From the NCBI GenBank assembly GCA_963663965.2, contig CAXXFK010000042.1:1-64000 (forward strand): a stretch of 64,000 bases of DNA, written 5' to 3'. The position numbers and the translations under genes are program-made. This DNA comes from Sedimentisphaerales bacterium. GTDB taxonomy: Bacteria; Planctomycetota; Phycisphaerae; Sedimentisphaerales; SM23-30. Positions 30,860-41,193 of the stretch are shown piece by piece. The notes under the pieces were generated by a model. That model did not search any database. It was not told the DNA's origin and saw only the letters and a list, made by a program, of their open reading frames with translations. The stretch's first letter is position 1. Every line of letters starts with the position of its first letter.

Positions 30860-31272
30860 CCACCTCGCTGGTATTTCAACTGTTCCGGAACAGTTGCCGG
30901 AATCCGGCAGCCGGTGTCAACTCCGGCCGCAGTTCCCATGCGATAATCCTGTTCGATACTCTCAACCAGATGATACACTTTACCAAGCAATTCCTTGAAC
31001 CGATCCGGTTGACTGACCGCTTCATCAAATTTCATCCCGTGTTCCAGAACCAATTTAACGCACATCCCAAACCGCCATTGGTTGAACTTCCTAGCAAGTT
31101 TAGTAGGCGGTACTTCTTCGACAGTCTCCACTTTTGGATTGGCCCGTAGTTCGTCAATAAACTTGCTGGCCTGTTCTTTGCTCATCTGTTTGACCGCGTT
31201 TTTGTCAAACGATACGCCTTTATCCATACACAAGGCATAGATGCATTTTTGTTGTTTGTCGGTGCTATTCAT
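30856..31272 (-). CDS. Hypothetical protein (island backbone)
   Basis: GGAGG RBS before ATG 31272, hairpin at 31285-31319 directly upstream, ATGA overlap with radC. Confidence 0.65.
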   Translation of the reverse strand: MNSTDKQQKCIYALCMDKGVSFDKNAVKQMSKEQASKFIDELRANPKVETVEEVPPTKLARKFNQWRFGMCVKLVLEHGMKFDEAVSQPDRFKELLGKVYHLVESIEQDYRMGTAAGVDTGCRIPATVPEQLKYQRGG

Positions 31273-31464
31273 TGTTACCAACCTCCGTCCTTTTCGGACA
31301 ACCGGTGCCGAAAGGACGGGATTGATTTTGTTTTTTAGTATAAGCAAAGCAGTACATAGGAGTTAAGAATTTCTTCAGAAGTGAAACACTAGTTCGGCAC
31401 TAGGGTCAACGGATCAAATGAACTTTGCCTTTTTAGATAGAATTCATTTAATGTGGGGACTGTT

Positions 31465-31608
31465 TTATCTTGCCATACTATCAAGAATAGTTACTAAAGC
31501 GGATTTTTGTTCTAGCGATAATTTTTCCCAAGCCATAAGAATTGTCCGAAAATGTTCATCTTGATTCAGTAAAAAGGCAAGCTCCGAGACAAGGTTGTTT
31601 TGTTGCAT
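31465..31608 (-). CDS. Small hypothetical protein of the type found at integrated-element borders
   Basis: D.HF.TIL.AW.KL...KSAL..IL pattern, directly inside the tRNA-like remnant. Confidence 0.4.
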   Translation of the reverse strand: MQQNNLVSELAFLLNQDEHFRTILMAWEKLSLEQKSALVTILDSMAR

Positions 31609-31653
31609 TTTCGTAACTTCTTTATAATCAATTTGTTCTGAATTTGGGGGATT

Positions 31654-31678
31654 GGAGTTCGAGTCCCCTCTTTCACCC
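31654..31678 (+). other. tRNA 3'-end-like remnant (putative att site)
   Basis: GGAGTTCGAGTCCCCTCTTTCACCC resembles a T-loop, 3' T-stem and acceptor strand; no 5' half; sits at the island/core junction. Confidence 0.45.
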
Positions 31679-31732
31679 TTTTTTATGCGCATTGGGGTTG
31701 GTCAACAAGTTTTTAAGTCACCAGATAATTGC

Positions 31733-31761
31733 TTGACATCGGTTTTTGTATTCGGTTAATT
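31733..31761 (+). promoter_or_regulatory. Putative sigma70 promoter
   Basis: TTGACA-N17-TTAATT upstream of AAGGAG RBS and ATG 31810. Confidence 0.35.
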
Positions 31762-31809
31762 AGGAGTCCTGTTTCATCTATGTGCAAGTGACTTACTAAG
31801 GAGACCGCT

Positions 31810-32940
31810 ATGAATAATCCTATCTGGATGATGACGTCTGCATTTCCGGGATTGAAATTAGAGACTATTTTGGACCATGCCACCTCCATGGGAGTGCAGG
31901 GATTGGAATTATGCGTGTTCCGCCGAGCCGGGACCCGTACTGATCACATTGCCACGCATCTGGAATACGATCAGTTTGATCGGGACATGGCTCAAGGAAT
32001 CCTGGACCAGTTTGCTAGTCGGGGATTGCGTTTTTCCATTGGTGCGTATGAAAATCTGATTGGCGGTGATCCGGAACAGCGGTTGATTAACCAGAATCAT
32101 ATGCTGAAATTGATTCGTATGGCGCATCTGATGGGGGGTGATGCTAATGGTGTTCGGGTTGGAACATTTGTCGGTTATAACCATGAACTGAGCCATACCG
32201 AAGGCGGCTTCGAGAAGAACCTGCTGGAATACCAGAAAGTATTTACGCCGATCATTCGTTATGCCGAAGATCTGGGAGTTACCGTTGTATACGAAAACTG
32301 CCCGATGGAAGGCTGGCGATCTGCACGATTCAGCGCCACCTATAACAATCTGCCCTGTACCCTGGCCGCGCGTAAATTGATGTACGCCCTGATTCCCAGC
32401 AAGGCGCATGGCGAGACTTATGATCCTTCGCACGATGTCTGGCAGCATACCGATCCGGTTGACGTGTTGCGTAATAGCGATCCGGCCCGCATCAAGATGA
32501 TTCATATCAAAGCGACCCGTATGAGAAACTCAGTGGCCTCGGTTCATTGGGGCGGCATGTACCCGATGCAGCATGTCGATCCGGATCTGGCGGCCAAGGC
32601 CGGTGTGCCGGTACCGGCTCACGACTGGGATCGCCATCATTACGAAGCCATGCTGCCGGGATTCGGCGGCAGTGACAGTATGGACTGGCGGGCCTTTCTC
32701 AATCAACTGAAAGAAATGAAATTCGACGGTCCGTTCTGCATCGAAAACGAAGCCGAACTCTCTAAAGGCACTGGAAAGCTGGCCGCTATTCTACAGGGAT
32801 TTAATGGAGCCGTTCATTGCGTCATGCCATTGATCTGGCCTTTGACGGATAAAGGATACTGTTACGATTCTTCCAGCCAAAAACCGCTGGGCCCGGCTGC
32901 CGCCAAAGACATTCCGGTTGTTACCATGGCTGATTTGTAA
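31810..32940 (+). CDS. Sugar-phosphate isomerase/epimerase (xylose-isomerase-like TIM barrel)
   Basis: GLEL, YENCPMEGW, YDPSH, IHIK, PG.G..DW..F, FCIENE metal-ligand pattern. Confidence 0.88.
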   Translation: MNNPIWMMTSAFPGLKLETILDHATSMGVQGLELCVFRRAGTRTDHIATHLEYDQFDRDMAQGILDQFASRGLRFSIGAYENLIGGDPEQRLINQNHMLKLIRMAHLMGGDANGVRVGTFVGYNHELSHTEGGFEKNLLEYQKVFTPIIRYAEDLGVTVVYENCPMEGWRSARFSATYNNLPCTLAARKLMYALIPSKAHGETYDPSHDVWQHTDPVDVLRNSDPARIKMIHIKATRMRNSVASVHWGGMYPMQHVDPDLAAKAGVPVPAHDWDRHHYEAMLPGFGGSDSMDWRAFLNQLKEMKFDGPFCIENEAELSKGTGKLAAILQGFNGAVHCVMPLIWPLTDKGYCYDSSSQKPLGPAAAKDIPVVTMADL

Positions 32941-32998
32941 TCGAAACTACCTGTTTGAGTAATTAAAGCTATCCATTTAGACTCGATTGTCTGGACTT

Positions 32999-35473
32999 TC
33001 AGTCGAGTCTTTCAAATTCCAGACAGGTCAGAATGAAAGGACCAATGGCCTTGGGGTCATTGTCCCGGATCGGTTCACCGACATAATATTCATAAGAGCC
33101 ATCCCGATAGGGATTGCCTCCCAGGCCTGCTACTGAGCAGCAGTTGTGGATATCCACCCAGCCTCTGGCATCAACGGTAACCAGGGATTTCAGTATGCCG
33201 TCGTAACCTTTGCGAGCTACTTTGATGAAATTATTATCAAGGTAGCCTTTGCGGACAGCTTTGGCGATCGCATAAACAAACATGCAGGATGCGGTCGATT
33301 CCAGATAATTACCTTTTCGAGCACCCTGATCCAACACCTGATACCACAACCCGGTCTCAGTATCCTGGTATCGGGCCAGGGCATTGCTCATTTGCTTTAG
33401 AATATTAATGATGTCTCCTCGTTTTGGATGGTCGGTTGGCAGGTCATCCAGTACATCAACAATGGCCATGGCATACCAGCCCATGGCGCGGCCCCAGAAA
33501 TGGGGGGATTGTCCCGTATCGGGATTGGACCATTTCTGTTCGTGGCTTTCATCCCAGGCATGATAGAGCAAGCCGGTTTTGGAGTCGCGGGCGTGTTTGT
33601 TCATCAGGATGATCTGGTTGGCGACATCATCATATAGCGCCGGCTCATTGAACTGAGAGGCGTAATGCGCCAGGAACGGTGAGCCCATATACAGGCCGTC
33701 CAGCCACATCTGGTGCGGGTAGCGTTTTTTATGCCAGAAACCGCCTTCAGAAGTGCGGGGATGGTTTTTCATTTGCTGACGCAGAGTTATGATCGCCTGG
33801 CGATATTTTTCTTTTTTGGTCAGGTTGTACAATTCGAGCAACACGGAGCCAGGCTTGATCATGTCGATATTATATTGCTTGATATCGTAAGTCTGTATGG
33901 CGCCGTCATCATTGATCAGGGTGTCATAATAACCTTCGATATAGGCCAGTAGCGCCGGATCCTGATTGATTTTCCAGACATCCCACATGGCTTTGAATAC
34001 CAGACCATAGGTATAGGTCCATTTGGGTTTGTCGGAGAAGTCCAGGCTCCAATAGTCCGCATTGCGTTGCAGGACGGTCTGGGCCATCTTTGTGGACCAT
34101 AAGTCAGTAGAGGAATGATCTGAGCCGGCTGGCAATATCTGGAATCCTTCGACGGCTTCCGCCACGCCTTTTTCTGCTATCGAATCGAACGTACAGCCAG
34201 TTAATACTACATTCTGAATAGGGTTGTGAGCATAACCGCGCATATGCCAGGGGTATTTGCTTTTCAGACAATGGACATTGGTCATGAAGATGTTGCGGAC
34301 GGTTGGTTGAAATTTTCCAACATCACCTTCCTGATAATAGTAATTGATTTTAAGAGCGGCTTCTCGAACCTGTTTCATGGTGACGTTCCTCATAAATATA
34401 TTTTCGACGATGCCACCGCGAATGGAATTGGTTTTGATCCGCAAGCCCCGATCCAGGTTGGGGCTGTCCATCACACAATCTTCCACAAAGACGTTCCGGG
34501 CGCTGCCGGATATTTCGCTGCCGATGACCACTCCGCCGTGGCCGTCTTTCATGGTGCAGTTTCGGACGATGATATTTTCAGACGCGACATTCACCCGTCT
34601 GCCGTCCGCGTTGCGGCCGGATTTAATAGCAATGCAGTCATCGCCGGTATCGAAATAACAATCTTCAATTAAAATATCCTGACAAGATTCCGGGTCACAG
34701 CCATCATTGTTGGGCCCATGTCCTGCGACGGTGACATTGCGAATAGTAATATTGCGGCTTAGAACCGGATGAATATGCCACATAGGGCTGTTTTTTATGG
34801 TAACCCCTTCGATTAAGATATTCTGACAGCGATAGGGTTGGATCATGTTGGGACGCAGTTTATGGCCATTCCCATATTGCCGCTCGCTGACCGGAATGCC
34901 ATCTTCCGCTTGTTTGCATAATGCTGCTACGTCAGATTTCTGTGTCCATTTCCAGCGCCACCAGTTGGTATTGTTGGCATTGCCATCCAGAATGCCGCTG
35001 CCAGTGATGGCGATGTTTTCCTGTTCAAAGGCATAGATCAAGGGCGAAAAATTCCAGCATTCAGTGCCTTCAAACCGGGTATAGACCGGGGGCAGATAAT
35101 CGTCAGTGTTGGTAAAAAAGCTGATTAAGGCATCCTTGGTGATATGCAGATTGACATTGCTTTTTAAATGGATGGCTCCAGTGAGATAAATACCCTCCGG
35201 CACCACCACCCGGCCGCCACCGGCGGTATGGCAGGCTTCAATGGCTTTTTTAAAAGCCTCAGTACAATCCGTGTCGCCATTTCCTTTAGCACCATATTGG
35301 GTTACCAGGAAATCCTTATCTGGAAATCGGGGAGGAACGATCCGACGGGCTATCTCTGGCATTAAGGCCCAGCCTTCCGATTCGGTCATGGCCAGGCATT
35401 CTGATGATCCATTCAACCAGGCCGTCAGATAAGACACAATGAATGCAATTTTTACCGTTCTTGAAATATTCAT
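32999..35473 (-). CDS. GH28 polygalacturonase fused to GH105 unsaturated rhamnogalacturonyl hydrolase
   Basis: NNDGCDPES, GDDCIAIKSG, GHGGVVIGSE, GLRIKT; then EGGFWHKKRYPHQMWLDGLYM, FWGRAMGW, YLESTASCM. Confidence 0.92.
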   Translation of the reverse strand: MNISRTVKIAFIVSYLTAWLNGSSECLAMTESEGWALMPEIARRIVPPRFPDKDFLVTQYGAKGNGDTDCTEAFKKAIEACHTAGGGRVVVPEGIYLTGAIHLKSNVNLHITKDALISFFTNTDDYLPPVYTRFEGTECWNFSPLIYAFEQENIAITGSGILDGNANNTNWWRWKWTQKSDVAALCKQAEDGIPVSERQYGNGHKLRPNMIQPYRCQNILIEGVTIKNSPMWHIHPVLSRNITIRNVTVAGHGPNNDGCDPESCQDILIEDCYFDTGDDCIAIKSGRNADGRRVNVASENIIVRNCTMKDGHGGVVIGSEISGSARNVFVEDCVMDSPNLDRGLRIKTNSIRGGIVENIFMRNVTMKQVREAALKINYYYQEGDVGKFQPTVRNIFMTNVHCLKSKYPWHMRGYAHNPIQNVVLTGCTFDSIAEKGVAEAVEGFQILPAGSDHSSTDLWSTKMAQTVLQRNADYWSLDFSDKPKWTYTYGLVFKAMWDVWKINQDPALLAYIEGYYDTLINDDGAIQTYDIKQYNIDMIKPGSVLLELYNLTKKEKYRQAIITLRQQMKNHPRTSEGGFWHKKRYPHQMWLDGLYMGSPFLAHYASQFNEPALYDDVANQIILMNKHARDSKTGLLYHAWDESHEQKWSNPDTGQSPHFWGRAMGWYAMAIVDVLDDLPTDHPKRGDIINILKQMSNALARYQDTETGLWYQVLDQGARKGNYLESTASCMFVYAIAKAVRKGYLDNNFIKVARKGYDGILKSLVTVDARGWVDIHNCCSVAGLGGNPYRDGSYEYYVGEPIRDNDPKAIGPFILTCLEFERLD

Positions 35474-35563
35474 GCAACACCTCGCTAGTAAAGTAACAGT
35501 TCGAATTCTATTTTAGATTTTTATGTATTCTACCCGGATCATCTGGCTTGACAGGATACCACA

Positions 35564-37666
35564 TTATGGCATTCGTTTCAATCCTTCCCATTCAACGATC
35601 CAGTTGCCATTGTCGGGAAATCCCGGCGCATGGCCGGGCGGGGCGCCATCCCATCCCGCGGCCATCATGGCTACGGCGGTCAGCAGCCCACCATTGCCGG
35701 GCAGATAGAGTGGCAGATTTTCACGTTGATAATTATGGCCGTTAGGCCAGTACAGGTTCTTTTTTGATACGATAAAAAAGGCGTCTACTGCCAGTTCCCG
35801 TAATCCAGTACGAGCCGCGGTCATGGCCAGCATGGGATAATCCCACCCCCAGGTATCCGGCCAACTCCAGGTACGATAGGTGTCAAGGGCGGTCTGGCGC
35901 ATTACCGATTCATCCACTAACGGTGTTTTTGGCAGCAATCCCAGCGCAGCCAGCATGGAAGGATGGTCAGTGATGTTGGTGTATGGGGGCGGCTCGACAG
36001 CGCTATAGATCCCATTTTGAACTGGCAGTGATGATAAGTTGTCAATGATATGGTCCCAATCCTTTTGGCGGGCCAGACCCAAACGTTCACGCCATTGTTG
36101 CGCAGTATTAAGCCCCCACGACCAGTAACATAGTTCATAGGTTGGATTCCAGGTGATGGCGTATTTATAATTTTCCTGGGCGGGAATGACCGGCGGACCG
36201 AGGACGTACCGTTTTTGCTCCGCATCCCAATGGGAAAAATCGGCCATAAATTCAGCAGTTGAAAAAACGATATCCTGATATTGTTCTAATGTTGTTCGGG
36301 TTGGTTTCTCACGATAGATTAATTCGGCAAAATAAATCGGGTGCGGCTGCTGCCAGATTAATAATGGACCGATACCCGAAGGTGAATCTTCACCATTGGG
36401 ATTGGTCATTTTGGGCCAGCGTACACCCTGATATCCCTGGCGTCTGGCAATGGCGCGGGCGGCCGGCATAATGTCATGATACCATTCAATTCCTCGTTCG
36501 AGCATTTCCAACCGGTCCCAGAGAGCAAAATGGACACTATGCCACCAGTGCATTTCCAGATGGAATTTACCGAACCAGCTGTTACAGGTCAGGCCGGTTT
36601 CCTGAGGAGGATATTTCTGACCAGACTGGATGGCTGTCAAATATTGTGATAATACGATTCGACGCTCCAGTTCTTGCCAGCGGGGATCTTTGCTTTTGGA
36701 TAAATCAATCGCGCCACCGGTCATCCAGAATTGTTGCCAATGTTGAGAACAGAGGTTCTGGATATTCACTACCGGTTGGGCGGGCTGGTGAATAGTGTCC
36801 TCATTAAAAGAGATTGAACATTCAAAAATCGAATTTTGACTGTCTGGGATCAATTGATAATAATGATCTTCGATATATTTCAAATCGCTATTTTGATTTG
36901 CATTTAGCTGACAGTAATACTGTTTCTGATCCATGGTCCGTTCAAACAGAAATGAACCATCATTGTTTGAAACTAATCTGGTTTGATGTTTATCCGGTTT
37001 TGACCAATCTGCCGGATCGCGCCCCCAGGTACCGGCGGCGTAGGGAAATTTCAAGCTGATCAGGCAATCTCCAGTTCGGATCAGTTCCGATTCGATCCTG
37101 ATCGCAATCTGGTCGAGATAGGGATGTATACAGGTTTGCACCTTTACCTCTTTGCCATTGACTTTGAAATGACTGATGATCATTCCCTGCCAGAGATCGA
37201 GGATTTGATTAATATCAGTTAAATCTTCTGCTTCGGCTGGTTTACCATCGTTTTTTTTGAGTACTAAGCCGATCAATCCCAGGGTGATCTGGTGAGGATT
37301 GGCGCGCAAATAATCGCCGGCTGGTCCTTTTTGCTGAATATTATAGGGGACCGGCCGTCCGTAGGTATCTACATCGACAAACGTATCTTCCAATTTATAT
37401 TGGTTGGTGTTAGGAAAAGAATGCCAACCCCATTCAGCCATTGTGGTTAAAGGAATACCATCTTGATAGGCGGTTGGAAAGGATTGCAGGCCGGTGATAT
37501 CTACCGTATAGGCAAAGCGCCCGTTGCCAACGGAAAGTGGAGAGAACGAGTGAACTTTATCGATCTTGACTCGATGACGATTGACCAGGGCAAATCGATC
37601 GATGGCACCGTAAGTCAGCGTTGAAAGATAGTAGAGTGACAAACAGACACACACGATTTTTTTCAT
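35564..37666 (-). CDS. Six-hairpin glycosidase (family often labelled GH65-like)
   Basis: Signal peptide; PLSVGNG.FA, PPQETGLT.NSWFGKFHLEM, LGPP.IPAQE, WGWDYP, YLPGNGGLL. Confidence 0.75.
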   Translation of the reverse strand: MKKIVCVCLSLYYLSTLTYGAIDRFALVNRHRVKIDKVHSFSPLSVGNGRFAYTVDITGLQSFPTAYQDGIPLTTMAEWGWHSFPNTNQYKLEDTFVDVDTYGRPVPYNIQQKGPAGDYLRANPHQITLGLIGLVLKKNDGKPAEAEDLTDINQILDLWQGMIISHFKVNGKEVKVQTCIHPYLDQIAIRIESELIRTGDCLISLKFPYAAGTWGRDPADWSKPDKHQTRLVSNNDGSFLFERTMDQKQYYCQLNANQNSDLKYIEDHYYQLIPDSQNSIFECSISFNEDTIHQPAQPVVNIQNLCSQHWQQFWMTGGAIDLSKSKDPRWQELERRIVLSQYLTAIQSGQKYPPQETGLTCNSWFGKFHLEMHWWHSVHFALWDRLEMLERGIEWYHDIMPAARAIARRQGYQGVRWPKMTNPNGEDSPSGIGPLLIWQQPHPIYFAELIYREKPTRTTLEQYQDIVFSTAEFMADFSHWDAEQKRYVLGPPVIPAQENYKYAITWNPTYELCYWSWGLNTAQQWRERLGLARQKDWDHIIDNLSSLPVQNGIYSAVEPPPYTNITDHPSMLAALGLLPKTPLVDESVMRQTALDTYRTWSWPDTWGWDYPMLAMTAARTGLRELAVDAFFIVSKKNLYWPNGHNYQRENLPLYLPGNGGLLTAVAMMAAGWDGAPPGHAPGFPDNGNWIVEWEGLKRMP

Positions 37667-37777
37667 AGTATTCACCCATGAGTTTGCATACCAAGACTTA
37701 CATATCAACAGCAAAAAATGAAAAAGTGGTATTCAGTCCGGTACTGTTACAAGCTTATGTTAACTATATTAAAGGAC

Positions 37778-39319
37778 TTAATCTGAGTTCGCAACAAGAA
37801 TATATATCTTGCCTGACATTTTGTTACCATCGTTAACGGTGAAGGAAACCGTATCGATTCCAGTATAATCCCGGGTAGGCTGATATTTTATGGTATGCCC
37901 ATCAGCTTGTAGCTGGGCTGCACCTGAAGAGCAATCATCGATGGTATATTTCGCATCGGAATTAAATCCGTTGGTAAATTGATGTAAATCTATATTCAAA
38001 TATGAATTTTTTGGCGCGACAGCATGCCAGGATCCCAGCCAGTTCAGATAATCTTCCAGATTAGTATATCCGTTCTGATTTGTGTCTTGATTATGATCTG
38101 CTTGATTTGGATTTAATTCTGGAAAAGTTTTTTCCCAGAAATCAGGCATGCCATCCTGATCGGTATCTTGTGGAGTTTTACCGTTGTTCAGTGTGCCGGG
38201 ACCTTGAGTTGGGAGTTGAGATTCATCCGAAATAATTTTGCCTTCTTTACCCAGACTTTTAAGTTCGTTCAGCAGAAAATGGTCGACCTCATCGCGATTG
38301 GGTAAGGTGGCTCCGGCGCAAGACAGGATAACTTTGTATGCTGTTTCCGGATGATAAATGGTTTCGATGGGAGGATAGTCATAGGGTTGGGATTGCCATG
38401 ATACAATGCCATAATCCGCAGCAATAAGCGCCTGACCGTCCAGAGCTCCGTTTATGTTCGCATCGTAAAAATTCTGTTGGGCGAACAGATGGAAATTTTC
38501 GTTACCCCGACTGAAAGGGGGGCTCTGGCCGGATTCGGGACCGGCAATGTAGTAATTATTCAAAATATTGGCATGCGATTCGGCACTGGAATCGCCCAGA
38601 ATATAGCCGGCGGCCCGCCAGTTATAGATGATATTATTGATAAATTGATTGACACCTTTAACTTTTGGATTGCGTGTTTTGTTGTCAATATAGAGCGACC
38701 GCAGGATGCTGATACCACCCCAGTTTTGTATCAAGCCGCCACAGGAGTGAGTATCCAAACCCTGAGCGATTATGGAGTTCTGGATCGTGAAAAAACCATT
38801 TTCGCCACTGATAGAAAATGTTTCATCACGGCCCCATGATACTGAGACATGATCAAAGATCATTGGGCTGCCTTCAGCGATAGTAATGGCATCTTTACCT
38901 TTAGAACCATTTACTCCCATTCGAAATCGCATATAACGTACGATAGAGTGGTCTGCACTGGAAAAGGACAGACCATCGCCATAAATCGTAATTCCATCTC
39001 CGGGAGCGGTCTGGCCGGCGATCATGATATGATCAGCTACGACTATTCGGCTTTTGATGAGTATGATACCGCTGACATCAAAAACAACTATGCGATGGCT
39101 CTGGCTAACCGCATCCCGGAATGATCCCGGGCCGGAATCATTCAAATTGGTTACATGATAAACCGTTCCCCCGCGGCCGCCGGTAGCATTACAGCCAAAA
39201 CCTTCGGCTCCGGGAAAAGCCAGTGGGGCGGCGAAGGTGGGGTTTGTGAGTGAAAATAATGTCAGGGATGTCAGGAAACACGTCAATAACCAATGGTTTT
39301 TCGGGCCGGATGGTAACAT
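37778..39319 (-). CDS. Pectate lyase (PL1-type)
   Basis: AFPGAEGFG..ATGGRGG.V.HVTNLNDSGPGSFR, AGQTAPG, DHVSVSWGRDE, RNPK, DTDQDGMPD.WE. Confidence 0.9.
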   Translation of the reverse strand: MLPSGPKNHWLLTCFLTSLTLFSLTNPTFAAPLAFPGAEGFGCNATGGRGGTVYHVTNLNDSGPGSFRDAVSQSHRIVVFDVSGIILIKSRIVVADHIMIAGQTAPGDGITIYGDGLSFSSADHSIVRYMRFRMGVNGSKGKDAITIAEGSPMIFDHVSVSWGRDETFSISGENGFFTIQNSIIAQGLDTHSCGGLIQNWGGISILRSLYIDNKTRNPKVKGVNQFINNIIYNWRAAGYILGDSSAESHANILNNYYIAGPESGQSPPFSRGNENFHLFAQQNFYDANINGALDGQALIAADYGIVSWQSQPYDYPPIETIYHPETAYKVILSCAGATLPNRDEVDHFLLNELKSLGKEGKIISDESQLPTQGPGTLNNGKTPQDTDQDGMPDFWEKTFPELNPNQADHNQDTNQNGYTNLEDYLNWLGSWHAVAPKNSYLNIDLHQFTNGFNSDAKYTIDDCSSGAAQLQADGHTIKYQPTRDYTGIDTVSFTVNDGNKMSGKIYILVANSD

Positions 39320-39400
39320 TATTCATCTTCTTTCAGTCATGGGTGTTACGATTTATGACGCTCAGGTTGGGAATCAAGAATACGCATCGTTGCCGGGGCA

Positions 39401-41134
39401 TTACCATTGCAGGCGAATCAATGAAAGGCCCAGACGGGGCAAGTTAAAATTGAGTTCGGTACTACCGTTATTAACTTTAACTTTATCCGGGCCGGGCAGT
39501 TGCTGCAGTTCGGATGACTTGAGCAAAAGTTCGATTTGTTCGTGACTGGGTGGTTGCGGGGAACCCATTTTCAGCCAGGTTGTATAGGCATTACTAAATT
39601 GGTCGTCGATTCGGTAATGTGTGAGGCGGGCTTGTTTAATCTGGATGGGCAAGCGATTTATATCCAACACAATGTCAGCGGCCGGACCGGTTTCGCTGGA
39701 ATCGTGATAATGCCAGATTAAAATACTGACGGCCTGATCGCTACGAGTAGCGAACGCGTCAATATCTGGTTCGGAGCGAACACTGGATTTCATCAAGTCA
39801 TTGAGACTGTGGGCGGCTGTGCTGACAGCGGCAATCCGTTCGGTTTCGAGAAGACTGAACATGCGGAACGCGTTGAAAACAGGTTTAGGAACCTGGTTTG
39901 TGCTTAAACTTCGAAAACCGTCAAACCAGGGCTGATCGGGGAAGGTAAAAGCCCAGGTGACTCCGCCCATAATTCGAACGCCCCGGCGCTGTGCCAGTTC
40001 CTGTTTACGTAAGAAGGTGGCGGCGGTATAGACGGCGTATTGGGTGCCGTTGCGATAGCCATTTCCGGGATAAAGCCGAGCGGAACAGGCCGCGCAGCCA
40101 TCTGGATCGGATTCGCCAATGATGACCGGGATTCCTTCCAGTTCGGGATAAGAAGCGATAATTTCAAATCCGTGGTCCATGGTACGCAGATGGTTGCCGT
40201 GATTCATAATGACTTTGCCATCACGGTATTGGGTGCCGCCTTTGGTGTGAAACGCGATAAAATCAACTGGAGTACCTATATCGCCGGTCGCTTCATTTTT
40301 ACCGTGCAGGCAATGCTCTATGAATGCCCGTAACAGCCGGTCGGAACCGCCTCCATCCGGATTGGTGACGTGCGGACCACCCATACGAGCGCCGGGTAAG
40401 ACTTTTTTGATGGCAGTGGCGGTGTAATCATACAGTTTGATATATTCCTGCGGGGTACCACGCCAATAACCGATATTAGGTTCATTCCATAGTTCCCAGA
40501 GCCAACTTTCGGTTTCTTCCCGGCCGTAGCGTTCGACGCAATGCTGTGCCAACGCTTCAATTAACGCCTGCCATTTCTGATAATCTTTGGGTGGGTAAAA
40601 GGCACCGCCCTCGACCATGCCTTTGGGTTCACCACTGAAAACCTTTTTGGGGGTATAGTTTTCGGGGCGGCTGCTGAGGGCTTCGGGCATAAATCCCAGT
40701 TCGACCAGCGGTTTTAATCCGCGTTCATGCCAGGTGTCGAAAAGTTTATCGATGATGGTCCAGTCGTAAACTGGATTGCCGTTCTGGTCTTCGGTATAAA
40801 CATTGGTACTGCACCATTTAAGCGAGGTGGAACCATCGCCGCTGGTCAGGAGATGGTGGCAGCGAATATAAACCGGCTGGGGGCTCAATTGAGCAATTTC
40901 ATCCAGCAGCGCCAAGCCATCGGGAGAATAGGTGTAATTTGCCTCATCATATCCAATAAAACGCCAAACCGGTTCAACCGGTCCCATGGTACGGTCATAG
41001 TAGACTTGAATATTTACCGGTTCAATGGCTGAAGCTGAGATTGACCAAGTGACAATTGAGAAAAGGAGCAAAAGCAAAGAGCATTTAAGTCCCGATGATT
41101 TGATAATCATTCTGGATTGGGTTGGGTTGTTCAT
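39401..41134 (-). CDS. GH39 beta-xylosidase-like glycosidase
   Basis: P.VELGFMP, WELWNEPNI (acid/base), IIGESDP (nucleophile region), PKPVFN. Confidence 0.9.
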   Translation of the reverse strand: MNNPTQSRMIIKSSGLKCSLLLLLFSIVTWSISASAIEPVNIQVYYDRTMGPVEPVWRFIGYDEANYTYSPDGLALLDEIAQLSPQPVYIRCHHLLTSGDGSTSLKWCSTNVYTEDQNGNPVYDWTIIDKLFDTWHERGLKPLVELGFMPEALSSRPENYTPKKVFSGEPKGMVEGGAFYPPKDYQKWQALIEALAQHCVERYGREETESWLWELWNEPNIGYWRGTPQEYIKLYDYTATAIKKVLPGARMGGPHVTNPDGGGSDRLLRAFIEHCLHGKNEATGDIGTPVDFIAFHTKGGTQYRDGKVIMNHGNHLRTMDHGFEIIASYPELEGIPVIIGESDPDGCAACSARLYPGNGYRNGTQYAVYTAATFLRKQELAQRRGVRIMGGVTWAFTFPDQPWFDGFRSLSTNQVPKPVFNAFRMFSLLETERIAAVSTAAHSLNDLMKSSVRSEPDIDAFATRSDQAVSILIWHYHDSSETGPAADIVLDINRLPIQIKQARLTHYRIDDQFSNAYTTWLKMGSPQPPSHEQIELLLKSSELQQLPGPDKVKVNNGSTELNFNLPRLGLSLIRLQW

Positions 41135-41193
41135 ATTCGATCTCCTATTTAGAGCATTAGGTACTCTTTGTGTTATATGATATCGATTGGGAA

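Larger units (their letters stand above)
15780..31678. mobile_element. Decayed integrative element/genomic island; left boundary uncertain
   Basis: Minus-strand micro-ORF backbone, radC, dinB, AT-rich cargo, and a tRNA-3'-like sequence at the right edge. No integrase gene in the window. Confidence 0.55.

Noticed and set aside
31640..31692. Intact tRNA, or the MRIKKGERGDSN N-terminal extension of ORF 31465-31692
   Set aside because: No D-arm or anticodon arm is present; the extension is just the antisense translation of the tRNA-like remnant.
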